DNA from: Antedon mediterranea
Lineage: Eukaryota > Animalia > Echinodermata
DNA length: 64,000 nt
Direction: 5' to 3'
Assembly: GCF_964355755.1 (NCBI RefSeq)
Contig: NC_092677.1
Span: forward strand, 22,555,175 to 22,619,174
The notes under the pieces were generated by a model. It did no database searches, had not been told where the DNA came from, and saw only the letters and a program-made list of their open reading frames with translations. The position numbers were made by a program, and so were the translations under genes. Position 1 is the stretch's first letter; each line of letters starts with the position of its first letter. Positions 54,301-64,000 of the stretch are shown piece by piece.

Positions 54301-57300
54301 AGGACAACTACCCCTTAGAATAACTACCCCCGGGTAACTACCCCCCGGGTAACTACCCCCCGGGTAACTACCCCCGGTCAACTACCCCTTAGGACAACTA
54401 CCCCCTTAGGATAACTACCTCCGGGTAACTATCTTCCAGTCAACTACCCTCCGGTCAACTACCCCCGGACAACTACCCCCTCCCTTAGGACTATATTTAT
54501 GTTCAATCTTGTACTTTTGTTTACAATAATGAATAGTAATTAAAATATAGTTATTAATTCCTATTATACACTGGTGCAGAGTCAGGTTGTTGAATGGTCT
54601 GGGTGGTAGTTGTCCGTCCGGGGGTAGTTGTTCTAAAGGGATAGTTGTCTGGGTGGTAGTTGTCCAGGGGTTAGTTGTCCTACGGAGGTAGTTGTCCTAA
54701 AAGATTATTTGCCCTCGGAGTATTGTCCAGGTCCAGGAGGTAGTTGTCCGCAGGGTAATTACCCGGGAGGGGGGGGGGGAATTGTCCGGGGGTAATTGTC
54801 AGGGGTTAATTGTTCCTAGGGGGGTAATTGTCCAGGGGGTAATTGTCCAGGGGGTAGTTGTCCAGGGGTTAGTTGTCCTACGGAGGTAGTTGTCCTAAAA
54901 GATTATTTGCCCTCGGAGTATTGTCCAAGTTCAGGAGGTAGTTGTCCTACGGGGAGTATTGTGTCAGAGGTAGTTGTCCGCGGGGTAATTACCCGGGGGG
55001 GGGGGGGGTAATTGTCCGGGGGTAATTGTCAGGGGTTAATTGTTCCTAGGGGGGTAATTGTCCAGGGGGTAATTGTCCAGGGGGTAGTTGTCCAGGGGTT
55101 AGTTGTCCTACGGAGGTAGTTGTCCTAAAAGATTATTTGCCCTCGGAGTATTGTCCAAGTTCAGGAGGTAGTTGTCCTACGGAGAGTATTGTGTCAGAGG
55201 TAGTTGTCCGCGGGGTAATTACCCGGGGGGGGGGTAATTGTCCGGGGGTAATTGTCAGGGGGTAATTGTTCCTAGGGGGTAATTGTCCGGGGGTAGTTGT
55301 CCAGGGGTTAGTTGTCCTAAGGGGGTTGTTGTCCTAAGGGGGTAGTTGACCGGGGGTATTTGTCCGGGGGGTAGTTATCCGGGGGGTAGTTGTCCTAAGG
55401 GGGTAGTTGTCCAGGTGGTGGTTGTCCGGGGGGTAGTTTTCCGGGGGTAAATGTCCAGGGGGGTGAATATCCGGATACGGTATGGAACTCTCCTTCTCTC
55501 CAGCAAGCAGCGACCACGTGTCAGTCCTGCATCGCCGGACACGATTGTGGTTTTTCAAGACAGATTAGTTCAGCCTGTACTACAATTAAATATGTAATGC
55601 TCTATTTTCAAAATATTGTTAGAAAAACCCTGACTATTTAGAATTATATTTTAGTAATAATAATTTTACAGATTTGCACATTTAAAGGCAACATGTTTGC
55701 ATAAATGTGGTTCTTTCCACAAATGTGACTTTTTGCACATTTCACGGCTCAATATGAACTACTTTTTCTAAATCTATTATGATTTCCAGGTCCATGTATG
55801 AATAACACTGGCTGTGAGCAAATCTGCCTTCCAGAGAGCGAAGAGAATTTTACTTGCGAGTGTTCTATGGGGTTTATTGCAGAAGGAAATGGAAAATGCA
55901 ACAGCAGTAAGTAGCCGAGTAATTTTCCAATTGTTTAATGTGGAGATGCGTAGTTACTTGTCAGGTAATATGGATGTTGTATTTTTACAGGGACATAAAT
56001 TTAATATAGCTTTTGAGTGTGAGAAGTATTGAAACAATGAATATAACGACTCCTTTAAACAGTTTAAATCTCATCTTTTTTTCTCTGTCTTTCGTGGAAT
56101 CTATATTTTAAAGAATGTAATAGTAAATTTTTAAGAATGTAATAGTAAATCTCATCAATATTGAATGATGATGGATGATTGTAGATTTGTATACTTTTTT
56201 TTCTCTTTTGTGGCGCAAACACCACTTTTATTCACATTCATATTATCTCATATTACATAAAATCGTATTATTTAACTTGTAAATGTAGTTACAGTTCATA
56301 AGATTTGTATACTTACTTAATCATCAGTGTATATATGGTGCGTTTCTTTTTACACCGGTATTTAAATACAGCATGGAGGATATATTTCTTCCATGAGTAC
56401 AGTGATGTAATTGTTCTAGGATAATCTGACTTCTATTCACAATAATCGTATCAAAACAACTTTGGAATAAATAACAATTGTGTTTGTTTTGACGAGGGTT
56501 TGAGCCAATTGATATGTAGCGCTTATTTTAGTTCGAATTGGTAAAGTGTATTAATGTTTGCATAATCCAGAATATTGAGGCAGCTTTCATCAGATTCCAT
56601 CCGTCGTTCAATAAAGATGAAATCTAAACTGCTTATTATTAAACGAGTCGTTTTTCATTAATAATATAGCTTCTTTACAATTATAGTAATTCAGTTTGTA
56701 TTACATGAGTTTCGAATACAATGCACAACAAATATATGTAAAATAATAAAGTAAATGTGTTCTTATATGTGTAGACCTATTCATAGTTAACATTTTTATT
56801 GTTGGTACTTTGTAAGCTATTGTTGAGGACAACTTTATACTGGCGGTAGACACAGGGCGTAAAACTACCTACCAAATTGATTTACAAGAGGCTAATAGTA
56901 GGGATTATGCCCACACAGCACTATACATAGGTCCATTGGAAAATCCAATTGCAGTTGGCTTTGATCCAGTCGATCGCTACGTGTACGTGAGTGACGTCAA
57001 TGCGCATCTTATCAAGAGATCATTACTTGATGGCAGAAAATTTGAAATTATTCATCCTGATGTATACGGTAGGCCTAATCACATTTGCAATAATTGTCTA
57101 TAGATAATTTGAGTAAATGCAGCGGCGGATAAAGGGAGAACGGGGGAAATCCCCTCCCCTCCCTTAACAAGGTATAAACAAATTGCAATATCAGTATGTT
57201 ATTGGTGAATGATGCCCGCGTATACCTTACTAGTTTACAAACATGGAGTTAGAACCAAAAAAAAAACAAAGCGGCTACAAAATACATTATTTTCTTGCTT

Positions 57301-60300
57301 TTCGGTGAAGAAAATAGAACAAATAGATATAACCTACATTGTAAATCATATTTTGTTTAGTCTCGCATCAAATTAGTAGTTAAAATTTATACCAAACAAG
57401 ATTTATGTGCCCGTAAAGTGAATCGAATGACCTAAACTACTCTAAACTACTCAGCTTCTATGGGGCTTTGCCCACTTTGCTCGAAAGGCCCCCTCCATCC
57501 TAAAAATGTATAGATCCGCCCCTGAACTGTCCTCACTAGTTTTTACTGCAATGAAATAAATATCACACAAAACAATCTCACTAACAGCGGTCAGATAAGT
57601 ACGAAAGGCCAAATGAATTTGGCTGTAATTCTGTACTATTACTGCTACGGTAAAAAAATAACAAGTTAAAGTAAATAACAGTAATATGCTGTGTCTTACA
57701 AAATCTCAACAGTCTGCCTGTCAACGGGTTTTTGGTTAAGTTAAACGTTTTAGCCTGCCTTTTGAAAACTTTATTTTCCTCCGTTTTTTACGAAAGTGAT
57801 TAACTTTATTAAACTACATAATAACTATTCATAGGCCTAATATCTTCATTTTTTATGTCGTTGGAGGTACATTAGTAGTAATTTCTACAGACACATCTGT
57901 AGCTATATACCGTCTATTATGTGCTTTTGTATTATTACCGTATCCGTCAAGATATACCATTTCCTCCAGAAATTAAATAACATTCACATGGTCAACACAT
58001 TTGGTTTGAATATGTTTTATATGAAAATGAAATTAGAAAATTATTATTGGAAATGTAACAATTAACTTTCCTTATATAATACTTATAGTACCTGACGGAC
58101 TGGCAGTTGACCATATTCACCGATTATTGTTTTGGTCTGATGGTGCCAACGGTGCCATCTACGTTTCTGGATTAGATGGTAGCAGTAAGACGATACTGAT
58201 TAGCTCAAACATAGAGAAGCCAAGAGCCATTGACGTAGATCCAATAAGAGGGTAGGACTAAATTAATATATGATTTTAAAGTTAGCCCAGGAGGACAATC
58301 TGAATAATGTTTAGTCCTAAACAACCGATGTAGAAGGATTCACAATTTTAGCCTACATGTTGAAAAAACTGTTATATTTGACGTTTCCAATTTAATCTGT
58401 TTGTACTTTTGGGCTAGCTAAGGACCGAGGTTTAATTTTGGTGCATGTAGTTATTAACAATCCTGTTGGCTCAGTAACTTCTGCTTGAATCTAACCCCAA
58501 TCCATCAGCGCAATCTCTGTGGTCCAGAGGTATGAAAGCCAAGTTAGTGTTCTGGCGGTCGTGGTTCCGAGTCCCATCAAATCATAAATCATGCCCAGCA
58601 TCCTACTAGCTTTAAAAACAACATACTTAGCATGGTTACTGAAATTTAATGTATTGTCTATTGTAACTGCGGCCTCACTGGCCACTTCTTTGAGTTGAGA
58701 TTAATACGTAATAAAGAACACGGAAGGCTTGTATCATGCAACATCGAGATATTTTATTGTCTACTTCTCCATATAGTGTAACTTCTTTATACTAATAACT
58801 AAGACCTCCGGTCTATACGCTGGCATCATCTCAACTAGCCACACTAGCCAGTGAGATTCTATTATACGTCGCCTGGTCTGGCATTTATGCAAATTAACCC
58901 AGATACAACAATTACGTAATTGTTACATTTATAATATAAATATCCAACTGTTTATGAAAAGATATTAACTCAAGATATTGCATATTTACATTATAGCAGA
59001 AAACAATAGAAAAGGTAATAGACATACATTTTCATTTCCGACATTGGGAAGAGCTTTTGCCCAAGACGTGACGTGAAGAATGTTAATCATTACGTCATCG
59101 GCAATAAAAAGTGAATCAGATTATTTAAAATAAATGAAAGATTGTTCATAAATAAATAAATAATAAAGGACCCAGAATCGACCCCCATGTGACACCCAGC
59201 ACTAATAAGCAATACCGAGTGAAAATCAGTACTATTATGTCACGTTTCACACAGCGTGACAATACCACAGTGATTCATCGACATATTATTATTAATAATA
59301 CATAGTTCAACTATACAACAAAACAAAATTGTGCACATTATGGTAGTAAACAGATTCTTCCCCGACATAAATACTGTACGATTAGTAAAAATATCTGGAA
59401 CAGGACATTTCCACATAACGAGTGTGAAATGACTTTTTTAAGTATTCAGAAAGACTCAACAATATTGTTCGTGTGCGCATCAAACATTAGGCCTATGTCA
59501 AATGAAAGCATAGCATACACGTGTGGTGCTATTTTATTTTTGGCTGTGATGTGTTAATGTAGCCCAGTTATTGAGACGTTTTAATTTCATAAATTGCAGC
59601 TTGTTATTCTGGACAGATTGGGGAACTGAAGCAAAAATTGAAAGCTCTTGGATGGATGGATCTAATAGACGTGTTCTGATTGATACAACGATAGGCTGGC
59701 CCAATGGCATTGCACTAGAAACTAAACGTAATTATGTTGATTTTGGCTTTAAACTATACAGTTGCTTATTTAACGTTTTCGCTATAGCTGCTTTATTGGT
59801 GAACACAATAAGTGAACAACCTTTAAAAAAGAAACATTAGTCTCAGCCTGAAAAAAAATATAGCATTTACTAGACTAGCCTACTATTTAAACAATAATAT
59901 TTTGACAAGATGGCACTCTGAAACATGACAGATTAAGTAGAATGTGTTTTGCTTTAATTTCTAGATCAGTTCCTATATTGGTGTGATGCGCAAATGAACA
60001 GAATCGAGAGAGTAAAGTATGATGGTTCTCAACGCACGTTAATGAAGCACCTTGATTATTCTGCTCATCCATTCGATATTGTGGTCGATGATAGTTTCAT
60101 ATATTTTACGGACTGGAGTAAGAAGACACTTATGCGTATGAACAAGGTCGTAGACGATGAGCTAGTTGCTGTTGGGGAAGATGTTTTTGGAAGGCTCAGC
60201 GGTTTGGCTTTGTATAATTCTCGTGTGCTGGAAACTGGGAAGTTGCTTAATGGGTTTTTTATAGCTTTTTCTTCGTTGTATTAAAAACTACATGTCGCAA

Positions 60301-62248
60301 AGTAGGTGATAGGGAAAGTGTTAACTTAAATTGATTTCCAAATTTTAAAAATAGAAACCGTAGAATTACAAAGAAACTGTGCCATTCTCATTTTAATTTT
60401 AGGTGAAACATCTTGTACTCAAAACAATGGCGGGTGTGGTAAGCTTTGTTTGGCAACACCTAAAGCACGGACATGTGTAGACGACGGTATTTTGCGTAGA
60501 GGTAAAAGTATTATTGTTGTTATAAAGTTTGCGGTACAACACGGAAATGACCTGTTGAGTTCCTTGACGTTTCGATTAACTGCATACACGTTGTGTACCT
60601 TAAATGTTTTATATATTTGTTGTTGCTTTAATAAGGTAGAATGTTTAAGTGCGTTTTTCTGCATGACGATTTCTGTTTTTCAATTCGAGTGATAACACAA
60701 TCTGCTTGATAAGGGTGTAATTGATCAAAACATGTTTTTTTAATTTTCTGCTATTAAGTAATTCCAATGGTGTTTTTTCAGTCGTGGTATTAAACAGAAA
60801 TCTTTCGACTTTTTTTTCGATAAATCCATTGCTTCTTTAACTCTGCGTAATACACATTCCGCAAGACCATTTGATGATGGGTGGTATGGGGCTGTTAGAG
60901 AATGTCTTATACAATTTTTTTCTGAAACTATTCAATACTCCAATTCTATTCAATACTCCAATTCTGTCCAGAATGTTTTATCCTTGGGTTTTTGTGATGT
61001 AACCACATTTCGTAAGAGCTTATATGATGGGCAAATAACTGTTAACAGTGTTGCTCATTTCTTATCCTCTGTAGTAATGTTTGCCTTGAAATACAAGTCT
61101 AAACGCTCAACATTGTTACCAATCTTCAATACATTTTTCTGCCAATAATGGCCATCGTCGTTACCAGTGCAATGTACTGGTTTTATCGTTTTGAATTAGT
61201 ATTACAGAGTGAAAGATACAATATTTTATTCTTTCCAATTTATCTACTATAGGCTATAACAATATTTTGTTAATGTAGGCGTCTAGGCCTACATTATGGG
61301 GTATCATCATGATACTCACTCAACATGACTGGAATTTGTACTGGGAAGTTTTTTAGCACATCACCGAGTACGGTGTTTTGAAAGATGGGAGTAATGAAAT
61401 ACAACATGATTGGAATTTTATTAGAACATTTACTACTCTACTGAGGGAGTCGCCTGGGCTGGGCAGTAATGGGGTTCAAAGTGATCACCTTAGTATACTG
61501 AAAAAGTTTTTTGGGGTTCAGTCGATCAAGTAATTGAGTATCTTGAAATTACTAGACTTGTACTGGGAAACTACAATTGAAAACTTTTAGAAAAAAAATA
61601 ATGCATCCTGGACGGGTATAATTGCTAGTAATATATATGACAAGAGGTGAAGGAAGTAAAAATAAATGGTAGAAATTGATATTGATTCAGTTCAGTAATT
61701 CAGTAATGACTTATATTTATATTTCAATTTGTTTTAATAAGGATGTTCTGTTGAGATACCTAATGGAAGAACAAGTGGTTGTGACAGAATGGCCAATTCA
61801 GTATGTTTGATAGTATGCAATTCTGGTTATCAGACGTTATCGAGAACCAACGTCACCTGTTTGCCTTCCGGGGAATGGGAAGGTTTTGTAGATCTTTTTT
61901 GTATCGGTAAATAGCATTATCTTTTTATTTTAATAGTGAATAATTTTAACTATGAAAAAAACATTATTAGATATTTGAGAAATATTACTTAGGATTTATA
62001 TTAGGCCTATATTTGTAACTAAGTTAATTGCTGTCTATTTGACTTTATATGACTGTATTGTATCTTAGAAACACTTTGTCCACGCTTAAAAGCACCAGTT
62101 AACGCAAATGGGTACTGCAATAGTTTGAAAAAAACTGGGGAAGTATGTAACTTTCAATGTTTAGAGGGTTATGTAAATGTGATTGGTGACGTCAGGCGTG
62201 TATGCCAAGCTGATGGGACTTGGTCAGGAAATGATTTATTATGTGGAG
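42330..62248 (+). CDS. Gene 2 (paralog of gene 1, probably incomplete in window): 3x YWTD beta-propeller/EGF followed by CCP/sushi domains
   Basis: Approximate exons 42330-42794, 43911-44045, 45940-46069, 47690-47834, 48806-48919, 50956-51228, 51317-51470, 51580-51711, 52543-52654, 53484-53628, 55790-55906, 56817-57068, 58089-58251, 59600-59727, 59965-60237, 60403-60501 match gene 1 exon for exon; then 61742-61906 (CSVEIPNG...CNSGY...TCLPSGEW...C) and 62069-62248 (CPRLKAPVN...FQCLEGY...CQADGTWSG...C). Confidence 0.9.
44423..44874 (+). repeat. Intragenic copy of the 3' part of the first visible exon plus downstream intron
   Basis: Near-identical to ~42634-43093; flanked by 27-bp direct repeats at 44396-44422 and 44875-44901. 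Confidence 0.92.
45224..45836 (+). mobile_element. 5'-truncated L2 LINE
   Basis: [40 protein letters not shown]; stem-loop and (TAA)n tail. Confidence 0.9.
47990..48532 (+). mobile_element. Degenerate LINE 3' fragment
   Basis: FKYLGV motif at ~48061; aataaa followed by (TATTCTG)n tail. Confidence 0.55.
49415..50710 (-). mobile_element. Academ-like transposase C-terminal fragment with one terminus
   Basis: [12 protein letters not shown] (frameshifted), [32 protein letters not shown], an XPG/PIN-like region seen in Academ proteins; TAG-start terminus near 49415. Confidence 0.7.
52705..53111. repeat. ~140-bp tandem repeat, 3 copies
   Basis: Units start at ~52705, 52845, 52984 with ATTGGCAT(C/G)GTCTTCCAAAC. 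Confidence 0.92.
54110..55479. mobile_element. Foldback/MULE-type element with minisatellite arms, second copy in opposite orientation
   Basis: Termini and core 54490-54605 are the reverse complement of parts of 11950-13571; TSD (G)GTATGGAA at 54101-54109 and 55479-55487. Confidence 0.88.
60700..60920 (-). mobile_element. Degenerate Gypsy integrase fragment
   Basis: Minus strand encodes [14 protein letters not shown] at ~60857-60900. Confidence 0.6.
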
Positions 62249-62299
62249 GTAAGTTTGTAAAATGAATTTATTAATTATACTTGTGAACAAATACGATAA

Positions 62300-63670
62300 C
62301 CAAATGGTGTTTAAAATTATTGAAAAAGTAAACCAAAAATCCACCATATCCTGGTACTCTTTAGAATTCCGCAGTATCATATAAGCATTCATTAGTACAA
62401 TATCACTCACAATTTTAAATTTATTGCCTACAATAAATCTAACTTCAATCATGTAACTTGTGGTGTTCCCCAAGGCTCCTTACTCGGTCCCCTTTTATTT
62501 ATTCTGTACATTAACGATATCTATCTTTCTTCCCCATTACTTGATTTTTACCTATACGCTGACGACACAACTGTCACTTATTCTCACCCTGAAATCCAAA
62601 CTCTGTTTTATACTACCAACTCCCACCTAGAGATGTTGTCCCAGTACTTTGCTGCTAATAAACTTTCTATGAACCATAAAAAATGTAACTTCATCCTGTT
62701 TGGGACTCCCCAGAAGTTAAAAAATGTTGACCCATCACTATACAATATTACCATTGAAAATATAAACATCCCCTCTGTTCAATCAGCAAAATTCTTAGGT
62801 GTCCATCTTGACTCTGGCCTGACGTGGAAAACACACATTAATGTAACTGAAAACAAAATTTCCAAAAGCCTTGGTATTATTTTTCGTTTGTCTTCATATT
62901 TACCCCCTAATATCCTACGCATCCTGTATTGCTCTATGATTCTTCCCTATTTGAGTTATTGTAATATTGTTTGGTGCAACACATACCCCACAAACCTTAA
63001 TAAATTGCAAACCCTCCAAAAGAAGGCTATCAGAATTATATCTGGCGCGCCTCCGCTTTCCCATTCCTCTCATTTATTTTCTAATCTTAATCTCATCAAA
63101 CTTAATGATATCAATTTAATTCAACAAATCATTTTTGTCTACTCTGCCTTAAACAACATCCTTCCTCATCATCTTGGTTATCTATTTACTTCCAATTCCT
63201 TCTATCATTCCCATCACACACGTACTAAAAATAAATTATTTATACCCTCCCATAGAACAAATTCTTTCCAACATAACATTCGATACTCTGGACCCACCCT
63301 ATGGAACAACCTACCACCCTCCATTTTAAAATCTGCTTCCCCTAAGATACTTCTCTCAAAATTAAAAAAATACACCTTTTCTACTTATTAAATTTTTATT
63401 AATCGTTCATGTCTCGATCTGCAGTACCAACAGATTTTTGTTTTCTGTTATTCATATTTTAGATTATGAAATTTATTATGATTTTCTTCAATGCATTTCT
63501 TTTCTTTTTTATTTGTGTTAAGGCTCGCCCAACACAAGATGTTACAAACATCTTTCAGGGCTTTTGCCTTCATTTTCTGATATACTTTATAATTCTGTAC
63601 AATCCTGTTTCTTGTTTTCCTGCTGTATGTATTCAGATTTTGTAAGTAAATGTCTATTGAATGAATTGAA
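62300..63670 (+). mobile_element. 5'-truncated CR1/L2-group LINE in an intron of gene 2
   Basis: GVPQGSLLGP and YADDT at 62460-62570, ORF 62633-63391 with KFLGV and YCNIVW; related to the element at 430-1816. Confidence 0.9.
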
Positions 63671-64000
63671 ATCATATAACTCATAGTCTGATATAGTGCA
63701 CAATTTTTACCATTGGTCTTAATATGATTTTTGTGTGAGACATACGTTGATACATCTAAAACCTGAAATTAGGATCAATGTAAAGCTGATAAATCATACT
63801 ATACATTGATTTAAAGTCATTTGAGTCATTATTTTACAAGATATATGGAAAATAATCTCATTTTTACCATTTTTGGTAAAATTTCATTTTTTTTATTTTA
63901 ATGAATAAAAAATATTTTTGTAACATACAGTACGCTTGAATTTTTAAAACTTTTAAAAACTGCCGTAACTATATGGAAGTGGATATCAAAAAGAATAAAA

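Noticed and set aside
57120-57524. hAT-like MITE (CAGCGGCGGAT...ATCCGCCCCTG)
   Set aside because: TIR is short and imperfect and no TSD is visible; not enough support
42330-62248. Calling the genes LRP4/5/6
   Set aside because: Only three propellers seen, no LDLa repeats, transmembrane helix or PPPSP motifs; tails are CCP or Ig/protease

Overview
AT-rich, intron-containing animal genomic DNA; the repeat types and gene content suggest a marine invertebrate, possibly a deuterostome (inference only). 1-22 kb is a transposon graveyard: LINE fragments, Gypsy pieces, an Academ-like element, an R4/Dong-like retroelement carrying a 5S-headed SINE, and a multi-level nest of hAT and MULE-type elements. 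Removing the nested inserts at their target-site duplications reconstructs a decayed minus-strand gene with the RAG1 non-core N-terminus (zinc-binding CND/Chapa-like motifs, RING, ZFA, NBD-like exon). It starts at a CAC terminus and is joined to the 3' half of a ZNF862-like hAT transposase. 23.5-62.3 kb holds two tandem paralogous multi-exon genes with three YWTD beta-propeller/EGF units. Copy 1 ends in an Ig-like exon and a single-exon, catalytically dead trypsin-family domain with an in-frame stop. Copy 2 continues into CCP/sushi exons and probably runs past the window end. A near full-length L2-type LINE lies between them. Exon coordinates were read by eye and may be off by a few bases.
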